Counted from the stretch's first letter, positions 1 through 7,038 are shown. The stretch is DNA of 55,723 nucleotides from a virus (IMGVR_UViG_3300021197_001150:1-55723), one strand, 5' to 3'. Numbers and translations: made by a program. Notes: generated by a model not told the origin, from the sequence alone.

Positions 1-1
1 A

Positions 2-607
2 ATGATTAAAGGATTTAAAATCCCAAATACAACGTTCAAAGTTAGAACTGGCGATTCGGTCTTAGATGACGGTTGCAGTTTTGATGAAGGTATGTGGACG
101 ACAATGACAACAGATGACTACTTCAAAGGTAGACGTGTTGTGTTGTTTAGTTTACCGGGTGCGTTTACCCCAACATGTACGTCAACACAATTACCAAGTT
201 TTGAAGAAAACTATAATACTATTAAATCATTAGGTATTGATGAAGTATATTGTTGTTCAGTTAATGACACATTTGTAATGAATGCATGGGCTGAAATACT
301 CAAAGTTAATAATGTAAAAGTTATTCCAGATGGTAGTGGAAACTTTACACGTTACATGGGTATGCTTATTGGAAAGAATCATAGAGGCTTTGGAAACAGA
401 AGTTGGAGATACATGGCTGTTATTAATGACGGCGTTGTAGAACAATGGTGGCAAGAGCCTGGAATCAATAATAACGGTGAAGATGATGATCCGTATATTG
501 AAACAACTCCAGAAAATATGATGGCATACTTAAAAACGTCTTTTGAACCAAAGAACAGACTTGAGCAACAGGCTACATTAAGTTCAGAAGCAGTGGCTGT
601 AGAATAA
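2..607 (+). CDS. Peroxiredoxin (Prx5/redoxin family)
   Basis: VVLFSLPGAFTPTC peroxidatic motif, SVNDTFVMNAW, RSWRY motifs. Confidence 0.92.
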   Translation: MIKGFKIPNTTFKVRTGDSVLDDGCSFDEGMWTTMTTDDYFKGRRVVLFSLPGAFTPTCTSTQLPSFEENYNTIKSLGIDEVYCCSVNDTFVMNAWAEILKVNNVKVIPDGSGNFTRYMGMLIGKNHRGFGNRSWRYMAVINDGVVEQWWQEPGINNNGEDDDPYIETTPENMMAYLKTSFEPKNRLEQQATLSSEAVAVE

Positions 608-1185
608 TGCATCATCAAACAGACACATTACACCCGAGTGAATTTTTTAGTATCTTTCCTACTTGTGTAGGTATGTTTGATCTAACACAATTCCATCCGG
701 CAGAAGAACAAAAAGTATATAACCTAATTAATTTAGACAGTGTAGAAGAAAACGTATTAGAGACACTGCCTTTATTAAAGAAATCAATTAACGATTGTAT
801 CAAAGCATATACAAATGAGTATAGTGTTGAGTATCACGAATTAGCAGATTCAAAATATGAAACTATTGAGTCTGGTAAAGGTATTGAACCAAAAGCATAT
901 GATAACAGTCTGTTTGTTGGTCACTACTTTCCAACTGCACAGAAGGAGAGTATTGATTTGATTGTTGAAGCACCTTTTAACAATCCAATAGCGACTCCAG
1001 TGGACAAATCACTGAGTCTATATACAGCACCAAGCGAGAAGTTTATTATCGACAAAGGTCGATTAATTTTAACTCCTGCACATTTGGTAAGATATATTAC
1101 GCCAAATAAATTGGAACATGCTGTAAACATGATTACATTTACAACTAAGGTCGTAGAACAGGACAAGATTACTTACAATGACTAA
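607..1185 (+). CDS. Degenerate 2OG-Fe(II) oxygenase-like protein (TIGR02466-like fold, iron ligands missing)
   Basis: N-terminal IFPT, NSLFVGHYF and GRLILTPAHLVRYITPN align with the 14635 oxygenase, but the His ligands are replaced. Confidence 0.5.
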   Translation: MHHQTDTLHPSEFFSIFPTCVGMFDLTQFHPAEEQKVYNLINLDSVEENVLETLPLLKKSINDCIKAYTNEYSVEYHELADSKYETIESGKGIEPKAYDNSLFVGHYFPTAQKESIDLIVEAPFNNPIATPVDKSLSLYTAPSEKFIIDKGRLILTPAHLVRYITPNKLEHAVNMITFTTKVVEQDKITYND

Positions 1186-1254
1186 GAAAGAACAAAAGAT
1201 ACTGTTCGGCAGTGTTCTTAGGGTGACCTATACAACTTTTGGTTACATTAGTGT

Positions 1255-1283
1255 TTGACTTTGTTTGCAAATTAGTGTATAAT
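1255..1283 (+). promoter_or_regulatory. Sigma70-type promoter
   Basis: TTGACT-17nt-TATAAT with TG extension. Confidence 0.8.
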
Positions 1284-1355
1284 GTAATAGTTGGTAGAGA
1301 TAGTATCTTTATCAAGACTTGAGTAAACTTTAATTATATATAAGGAGAAGTTATA

Positions 1356-1625
1356 ATGACTAAAACTACAATTCAAGAAAGAGTACTTACTGCACTCGAA
1401 AGCGGTAAAGCACTAACAAGTGCAGATATCAAGAATAGATTTAAGGCTGGTAACCCACAAGCGGTAATCCAAGCACTTAAATTTGCTGGACACCCAGTGT
1501 TCTTGAATTCAAGAAAAAACAGCAGAGGTACGAAAGTATCAAGATACGTAATGGGAACTAAGGCTCCTAAAGCAGTTATCGGTGCTGGTTACAAAGCAAT
1601 GGCAAAAGGTCTATTAGACAACTAA
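1356..1625 (+). CDS. Small basic winged-HTH-like DNA-binding protein
   Basis: RVLTALESGKALTSADIKNRF...AVIQALK pattern; strong SD AAGGAG. Confidence 0.55.
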   Translation: MTKTTIQERVLTALESGKALTSADIKNRFKAGNPQAVIQALKFAGHPVFLNSRKNSRGTKVSRYVMGTKAPKAVIGAGYKAMAKGLLDN

Positions 1626-1644
1626 TAGCATTTGTTATTTTCTT

Positions 1645-1675
1645 AAATAGGCGGCTTTATGTCGCCTATTTTTTT
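1645..1675 (+). terminator. Rho-independent terminator
   Basis: AAATAGGCGGC-loop-GTCGCCTATTT hairpin followed by T-tract. Confidence 0.85.
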
Positions 1676-1728
1676 GACTTTTTAAAACTACTCTAATAAA
1701 TAAGTGTAGTTAAACTACAGAGACTATT

Positions 1729-2106
1729 ATGGCATACTCCGAAAAAGTACTTGACCATTACGAAAATCCACGCAACGTAGGTTCTTTCGACCCAAAACAG
1801 CAAAACATAGGAACAGGTATGGTAGGTGCTCCTGCATGTGGTGATGTAATGAAATTACAAATCCAGGTTGAAGATGACGTTATTGTAGATGCTAAATTTA
1901 AAACTTATGGTTGCGGTAGTGCAATAGCAAGTTCAAGTTTAGTAACACAAATGGTAAAAGGCATGACATTAGATCAAGCATCAGAAGTTAAGAATATGGA
2001 CATTGTAGAAGAACTTGCTTTACCGCCAGTTAAGATACATTGCAGTGTACTTGCCGAAGATGCAATCAAATCAGCAATAAAAGACTACCAGACTAAGACT
2101 AAATAG
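1729..2106 (+). CDS. iscU: Fe-S cluster scaffold IscU
   Basis: MAYSEKVLDHYENPRNVG, GAPACGD, YGCGSA, LPPVKIHC with three conserved Cys. Confidence 0.97.
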   Translation: MAYSEKVLDHYENPRNVGSFDPKQQNIGTGMVGAPACGDVMKLQIQVEDDVIVDAKFKTYGCGSAIASSSLVTQMVKGMTLDQASEVKNMDIVEELALPPVKIHCSVLAEDAIKSAIKDYQTKTK

Positions 2107-2112
2107 ATATAC

Positions 2113-2163
2113 AACGTTCAGCCGAAAAAAGGCCGGAAGTAGGCGCAAAGCCGAAGGAACGCA
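2113..2163 (+). ncRNA. Glutamine riboswitch (glnA RNA motif, class I)
   Basis: P1 CGTTC(2115-2119)/GAACG(2157-2161), P2 GCC/GGC, junction CGGAAGTA, P3 GGC/GCC, GAAG; matches recalled glnA motif consensus; TAAATA promoter at 2100-2105. Confidence 0.85.
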
Positions 2164-2187
2164 CTTAACTGTAAAAAGGAGAGTGTA

Positions 2188-2379
2188 ATGAACAGATACG
2201 ATTACCTACTTAAATCATACCGTGAGCAAAAAATGAGAGAACGCAAGGAGAAAATCCTTATGAAAACTCGCTCTGAAGTAAACGTGTATGGAAATGGTAC
2301 GACTGGGTATACTGTTACAACTGGACCAAATACTGGTAAAGTTTTGAAACATATATCGATTAACCATGATAACAAGTAA
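2188..2379 (+). CDS. Small basic protein under glutamine riboswitch; candidate glutamine synthetase inactivating factor-like
   Basis: SD AGGAG; RKEKILMKTRSEV resembles IF7 RQQSMLSRAAAEI (recalled); function inferred. Confidence 0.5.
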   Translation: MNRYDYLLKSYREQKMRERKEKILMKTRSEVNVYGNGTTGYTVTTGPNTGKVLKHISINHDNK

Positions 2380-2391
2380 CCAAAATAATAC

Positions 2392-2420
2392 TTGACAATA
2401 CGGGTGCAATCTTATATACT
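2392..2420 (+). promoter_or_regulatory. Sigma70-type promoter
   Basis: TTGACA-17nt-TATACT. Confidence 0.85.
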
Positions 2421-2441
2421 ATTCATAACAAAGGAGATGTT

Positions 2442-2603
2442 ATGGAAAATATAAAAAACTGGTTAGTTGCTGAGAAGGAAAGCATTATCGAGTACCAAAA
2501 GAATAGTTGGGAACAAGGTAAAGCACAGTTGGCAGAAAATGGCCAGAGTATATCAGAAGCAGTTGAAAAAGTTTCAAACTTTATTCAATCATCTTTGATG
2601 TAA
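2442..2603 (+). CDS. Hypothetical protein (53 aa, not in ORF track)
   Basis: SD AAGGAG, ATG...TAA; MENIKNWLVAEKESIIEYQKNSWEQGKAQL... Confidence 0.7.
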   Translation: MENIKNWLVAEKESIIEYQKNSWEQGKAQLAENGQSISEAVEKVSNFIQSSLM

Positions 2604-2610
2604 TTCGACT

Positions 2611-2687
2611 GCACCCGTAGCTCATCTGGATAGAGCGCCACTTTGCGGAAGTGGAGGTAATAGGTTCGAGTCCTGTCGGGTGCGCCA
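2611..2687 (+). tRNA. tRNA-Arg(GCG)
   Basis: Cloverleaf: GCACCCG/CGGGTGC acceptor, CCACT-TTGCGGA-AGTGG anticodon arm, TTCGAGT T-loop, A20, encoded CCA. Confidence 0.92.
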
Positions 2688-2715
2688 AATGATAAATAAC
2701 GAGAAGGAAAATTAA

Positions 2716-2743
2716 GCTCAGAACACTGAGCAAGTTTTTTTTT
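2716..2743 (+). terminator. Terminator-like hairpin between tRNA-Arg and asparagine synthetase gene
   Basis: GCTCAG-AACA-CTGAGC followed by AAG and 9 T. Confidence 0.55.
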
Positions 2744-2768
2744 GACAAATAACTCAGAAGGAAAAGAA

Positions 2769-3599
2769 ATGACGCAGTTAATATCCCCAAATAAATTTAC
2801 GAACACAGTTGGCCTTTTAAGGTCATTTTTTTTGGACAAAGGATTCTTAGAAGTCCATACCCAAAACAGACTAAGCATACTTGCCGCATGTGAAGATCCA
2901 TTCAATGTAGCAACATACCAATACGCAGGCAACACTTGGCCATTGCCGCAAACAGGCCAGATGTGGTTAGAACATGAATTATTAAGTAGCCCCGATAGTA
3001 AGGGGTTTTTTTGTGTCTCCACTTCCTATAGACAAGAGCCTAATGCAATACCAGGCAGACATGATATAATATTTCCAATGTTTGAATTTGAGATGCCAGG
3101 TAGCATTGATGATCTTAAAGCAATGGAGTATGAACTATGTGAATACTTAGGCTTTGGTAACATTACAGAAAAGACTTATAGAGACTGGCAAGAGCATTAC
3201 GGACTTGACTGGATCAAAGAGATGGACGCTGAACATGAATTAAAGATGGCGGCAGACTTTGGTCAAACAATGATTACAGACTTTCCAGAGATGACATCAC
3301 CGTTTTGGAATATGAGTAGAAACGATGGCGGCGGCACAAGTAAAAAGATTGACGTTATCTTAGGTGGTATGGAAACTATTGGGTCAGCAGAGCGTTCATG
3401 TGACGTTGACATGATGCGTAATACATTCCACACAATTACAGATGGTGCTTATAGTGAACTACTGTTTAAACTGTTTGGCAAAGAACGTGTAGTAGCAGAA
3501 CTTGAAAAGTTTTTAGAGTTTGACTTCTTTCAAAGAGTAGGCGGTGGTATAGGTATTACACGTATGATCCCGGCATTAGAAAAGATCAATAAGATATAA
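2769..3599 (+). CDS. asnA: Asparagine synthetase A, AsnRS-paralog type (class II aaRS catalytic domain without anticodon-binding domain)
   Basis: LPQTGQMWLE, STSYRQE...RH...FPMFEFE (motif 2), METIGSAER, GGGIGITR (motif 3); no N-terminal OB fold; ATG at 2769 preferred over TTG 2742. Confidence 0.75.
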   Translation: MTQLISPNKFTNTVGLLRSFFLDKGFLEVHTQNRLSILAACEDPFNVATYQYAGNTWPLPQTGQMWLEHELLSSPDSKGFFCVSTSYRQEPNAIPGRHDIIFPMFEFEMPGSIDDLKAMEYELCEYLGFGNITEKTYRDWQEHYGLDWIKEMDAEHELKMAADFGQTMITDFPEMTSPFWNMSRNDGGGTSKKIDVILGGMETIGSAERSCDVDMMRNTFHTITDGAYSELLFKLFGKERVVAELEKFLEFDFFQRVGGGIGITRMIPALEKINKI

Positions 3600-3605
3600 A
3601 ACTAA

Positions 3606-3690
3606 TCTGGGGTGGTGAAATCGGTAAACACGCACGATTGTTTCTCGTGTGACGAAAGTCTTGGAGGTTCGAGTCCTTCCCCCAGAGCCA
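3606..3690 (+). tRNA. Atypical tRNA with Asn anticodon (GTT) and class II long variable arm
   Basis: TCTGGGG/CCCCAGA acceptor, G73, CCA; D-arm GTG/CAC; CACGA-TTGTTTC-TCGTG; variable arm GAC-GAAA-GTC; GGAGG-TTCGAGT-CCTTC. Confidence 0.85.
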
Positions 3691-3716
3691 ACTATTACCT
3701 AATAGATACACACTAT

Positions 3717-3745
3717 TAGACTTAGACATTTTTCTGTGCTATAAT
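3717..3745 (+). promoter_or_regulatory. Sigma70-type promoter (extended -10)
   Basis: TAGACT-17nt-TATAAT preceded by TG. Confidence 0.7.
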
Positions 3746-3772
3746 AATTTAAATATAGCATAAGGAGAAACC

Positions 3773-4837
3773 ATGCCACCACGTAATCATAAGAGTTGGT
3801 TAGCACAACCAAACGTAGAATCAATCAGCAGTTCAGCATATAACGATCCAGAAGTATTTGCACAAGAGCAAGAACGTATCTTTTCAAAGGTATGGGTACC
3901 TATGTGTCACAAATCGGAAATGCCTGAGCCAGGTAATTTTAGAACAACACAAATTGCAGGAGTTAATGTTATTGCAGTCAATAACGGTGACTCAATTAAG
4001 TCTTATTTGAATACAGGTAAGTTTAATACACCTTCAGGAACAATGACACGAGTAGAGTTTTTAATGGACGACTATACTCCGTTACCTACAGAAGTAAAAC
4101 ACGGAGGTATGGTATGGACAACACTTGATCCTAATCCTACGCAGAGTGTAGAAGAATGGACAGCAGGAGCATTTGATTGTATTGCAGATGCTATTGACAC
4201 AGAAGAAATGGAAGTGTTCCATTACCACAAAGCAATCATAGATACAAACTACAAACTATGGCATGATACTAACAGTGAATTCTATCATGACTTCATGCAC
4301 TACTTTAATCGTGTAAGTGGATTCAACGATGAATACTTTGCACGTAAGAATATACCTTTTGACAACGGTCATGTAAACGTAAGCAGTTTCACAGTAAACT
4401 ATGAGGAGTATGACGGCTTCGAAGATAGAGGTGAACTGTCCTTTCCTAATCTACCACCCAACCAATGGTATATGGTAGACTTGTTTCCCGGATTTAATTT
4501 TAATCTACGTGGAAGTGCATATCGTTCAGACTCAGTAACTCCATTAGGTCCTAACCGTGTACTGATTGAGTTTAGGGGATACGGACTAAAAAAAGATACT
4601 AAAGAAGAACGTTTGACACGAATCAAACATCACAACAGTATATGGGGACCATTTGGTCGCAACCTCCATGAGGATCTAATTGGAGTTGCTGGGCAAGGAA
4701 CAACTATGCGTGAAGGTACAGAGAACAGACGTGTACTGCATGGTAGACATGAGAACGGTACTATACATGATGAAGTTGGTATGCGCCATTACTATACCGA
4801 ATGGGGTAAGTATTTGGATATTAATCCTTATCAATAA
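3773..4837 (+). CDS. msmA: Methanesulfonate monooxygenase hydroxylase alpha subunit-like protein lacking the Rieske cluster
   Basis: EVFHYHKAIIDTNYKLWHDTNSEFYHDFMHYFNR and WGPFGRNLHEDL are near-identical to recalled MsmA; CxH/CxxH Rieske ligands absent. Confidence 0.85.
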   Translation: MPPRNHKSWLAQPNVESISSSAYNDPEVFAQEQERIFSKVWVPMCHKSEMPEPGNFRTTQIAGVNVIAVNNGDSIKSYLNTGKFNTPSGTMTRVEFLMDDYTPLPTEVKHGGMVWTTLDPNPTQSVEEWTAGAFDCIADAIDTEEMEVFHYHKAIIDTNYKLWHDTNSEFYHDFMHYFNRVSGFNDEYFARKNIPFDNGHVNVSSFTVNYEEYDGFEDRGELSFPNLPPNQWYMVDLFPGFNFNLRGSAYRSDSVTPLGPNRVLIEFRGYGLKKDTKEERLTRIKHHNSIWGPFGRNLHEDLIGVAGQGTTMREGTENRRVLHGRHENGTIHDEVGMRHYYTEWGKYLDINPYQ

Positions 4838-4852
4838 TTGAACTAATTCCGG

Positions 4853-4881
4853 TTGACAACTGTATACTTTGACTGTATATT
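4853..4881 (+). promoter_or_regulatory. Sigma70-type promoter
   Basis: TTGACA-17nt-TATATT with TG extension. Confidence 0.65.
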
Positions 4882-4909
4882 AAATATAATAACAGTTAAG
4901 GACGACTCT

Positions 4910-5086
4910 ATGTGGAAAGACAAACATTTTGAAATGCCTCCAGAAGAGGATAGAGCAGACAAGTTCTCATTCTTTGTATCTATGGTCGGAATAACTATTA
5001 CTTGTATTATGACACAATCTCCTACATTAATGGTAATTGTAGGATTAGGATTGTATATCGGTATTAGGTGGTCAAGAGCATTATGA
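4910..5086 (+). CDS. Small membrane protein
   Basis: ATG 4910 with AAGGA SD; two hydrophobic stretches. Confidence 0.6.
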   Translation: MWKDKHFEMPPEEDRADKFSFFVSMVGITITCIMTQSPTLMVIVGLGLYIGIRWSRAL

Positions 5087-5340
5087 TAGATAAATCAAAT
5101 ATGACTCCACAAGAATTGTTTGAATACAAACTTAGATGGAAGCCTGGTGTAACTGTTGACGTACACAGTGATCTACATATACAATGTAAAGATTGGTGCA
5201 GACGTAACATGCAACGTTGGGAATGGGGTATGGACACATGGACATACGTATATTCGCACTCTTATCATTTTGAAACACAAGAGAAAGCGGATGAATTTAA
5301 AACTGAATTTAGAGAATGGGTTGACAAAGGTAAAACATGA
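5083..5340 (+). CDS. Hypothetical phage protein
   Basis: ORF coupled to neighbours by ATGA overlap. Confidence 0.7.
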   Translation: MIDKSNMTPQELFEYKLRWKPGVTVDVHSDLHIQCKDWCRRNMQRWEWGMDTWTYVYSHSYHFETQEKADEFKTEFREWVDKGKT

Positions 5341-5447
5341 AAATTAAATTAGAAGTTGAACTGGATACTGAAAAAGATCAAGACAACAACTTGTTAGAAG
5401 AGATATTAGATCTTATTGAACGTATTAGAGAAAATGAAGGGGATTAA
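5337..5447 (+). CDS. Hypothetical 36-aa protein (not in ORF track)
   Basis: MKIKLEVELDTEKDQDNNLLEEILDLIERIRENEGD; ATGA overlap with upstream gene. Confidence 0.6.
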   Translation: MKIKLEVELDTEKDQDNNLLEEILDLIERIRENEGD

Positions 5448-5449
5448 TT

Positions 5450-5623
5450 TTGTGGGATATTTGGTGCAAGGCCATAGGAACAAAAGCATATGAAGATAAC
5501 AATAAGGCTGACAGAGTGGCAATTATACGCACCGCGTGGGTGTTGCTACACATTCTTACTTGCCTTGCTATTATCTTAAATGCAATAGCAAATCATGGTA
5601 CAAAGTTATTTGGATTTGGATAA
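5450..5623 (+). CDS. Small membrane protein (57 aa, not in ORF track)
   Basis: TTG start; WDIWCKAIGTKAY...ADRVAIIRT followed by a hydrophobic helix. Confidence 0.6.
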   Translation: MWDIWCKAIGTKAYEDNNKADRVAIIRTAWVLLHILTCLAIILNAIANHGTKLFGFG

Positions 5624-5631
5624 AAAAGAGG

Positions 5632-5660
5632 TTGACTTTTTGGTATTTAGATCATATAAT
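5632..5660 (+). promoter_or_regulatory. Sigma70-type promoter
   Basis: TTGACT-17nt-TATAAT. Confidence 0.8.
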
Positions 5661-5697
5661 AGTAACATAATTAGGCAAATGAACAGAGGCAAATAAT

Positions 5698-7038
5698 ATG
5701 AGAACACAACCACAGGACGTAATTTACAAACTTGAACAGCACAACGGTAGGTTAGACAAAGAAACTATCGTGTTCAGTGCTATGGGTGAAGGACTTGATG
5801 AGTTCTTCGAAGGTGTAACAATGGCACTTGACCCACTTGTAACATTTGGCGTTAAACAAGTTCCAGAGAAAGCAGAGAATGAAGTGCTATCAGCACAAGG
5901 TTGTGCTTGGCCAGTATTCAAAGAACTTGCAGATAAACTAATTGCAAGAGAACTTACAGGACATGCGGCACGTGATGCTATTGAACTTGTAATGAGTTCA
6001 GCAACGGCAGATCAGTGGAATGGTTTTTATCGTAGGATCCTTATTAAAGATTTACGTTGTGGAGTAAGTGAAAAGACAGTAAACAAAGTTGCTAAAAGAT
6101 TTAACATGAAGGGCGAAACAAAATATGTTATCCCTACATTCACTTGTGCATTAGCACACGACTCTGCCAATCATGAAAAGAAGATGTCAGGCAAGAAACA
6201 AATTGAAGTTAAACTTGATGGCGTAAGAGTTATTACAATTATACAAGGTGACAAAGTAGAAATGTTTAGTCGTAATGGTAAGCAGTTTCATAACTTTGAT
6301 CACATTATTGAAGAAATTAAAACAGTACTCAAAGATAAGCCTGCACCATATGACCTTGTGTTAGACGGTGAGGTAATGAGTGCTAACTTCCAAGACTTAA
6401 TGAAACAGGTACATAGAAAGAGTGGTGGTACAGCCAAAGATGCAGTATTGCATTTGTTTGACACTATCCCATTATCCGATTTCAAACAAGGTGGTTGGGA
6501 CAAACCACAGTCAACAAGAAGTGCAATTACTAAACATTGGGTAGAAAGCAACCAGGACGTTTTAAAGCACGTACAAGCACTTGAGTGGGAAGATGTAGAC
6601 TTAGACACTCCCGAAGGCCAAGAACGCTTTGTAGAGCTTAATAAGACGGCTGTAGACGGTGGTTATGAAGGTGTAATGATCAAAGACATTGATGCACCCT
6701 ACGAATGCAAACGTACACATGCTTGGTTAAAGGCAAAACCATTTATTGAGATTACACTAAAAGTCGTTGACGTCGAGGAAGGCACTGGACGTAATGCGGG
6801 AAGATTAGGTGCCGTAATAGTAGAAGGAGAAGATGATGGATACAATTATCACCTTAACTGTGGGAGCGGCTTCACTGATAGTCAACGTGATGAGTACTGG
6901 ACTGCACGTGATAGTCTCATTGGTCAGTTAATTGAAATTAGAGCAGACGCTCGAACTAAGTCGCAAGACTCGGAAACGTATAGTTTACGTTTCCCAAGAT
7001 TTAAGTCGTTTCGTGAGTATAAAGGAGAAAAAGCATGA
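5698..7038 (+). CDS. ATP-dependent DNA ligase
   Basis: EVKLDGVR (motif I), LDGEV, YEGVMIK, WLKAK, LRFPRF. Confidence 0.95.
   Translation: MRTQPQDVIYKLEQHNGRLDKETIVFSAMGEGLDEFFEGVTMALDPLVTFGVKQVPEKAENEVLSAQGCAWPVFKELADKLIARELTGHAARDAIELVMSSATADQWNGFYRRILIKDLRCGVSEKTVNKVAKRFNMKGETKYVIPTFTCALAHDSANHEKKMSGKKQIEVKLDGVRVITIIQGDKVEMFSRNGKQFHNFDHIIEEIKTVLKDKPAPYDLVLDGEVMSANFQDLMKQVHRKSGGTAKDAVLHLFDTIPLSDFKQGGWDKPQSTRSAITKHWVESNQDVLKHVQALEWEDVDLDTPEGQERFVELNKTAVDGGYEGVMIKDIDAPYECKRTHAWLKAKPFIEITLKVVDVEEGTGRNAGRLGAVIVEGEDDGYNYHLNCGSGFTDSQRDEYWTARDSLIGQLIEIRADARTKSQDSETYSLRFPRFKSFREYKGEKA

Noticed and set aside
1178-1258. 26-codon ORF after the 607 gene
   Set aside because: Very short, no clear SD, runs into the next promoter
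2689-2715. Asn-rich mini-ORF MINNEKEN before asparagine synthetase, resembling an attenuator leader peptide
   Set aside because: The ATG abuts the tRNA CCA with no SD and overlaps the GATAAATA promoter motif, so it would lie upstream of that start site; Asn codons are expected by chance in A-rich DNA
2585-3022. Minus-strand 145-aa ORF and the many other antisense/nested ORFs in the track
   Set aside because: They overlap tRNAs or well-supported opposite-strand genes and show no recognisable motifs; shadow ORFs
2769-3599. Interpretation as EpmA/GenX or a full AsnRS/AspRS
   Set aside because: No anticodon-binding OB domain and no EpmA-type L.TSPE motif; motifs fit AsnRS2-type asparagine synthetase better
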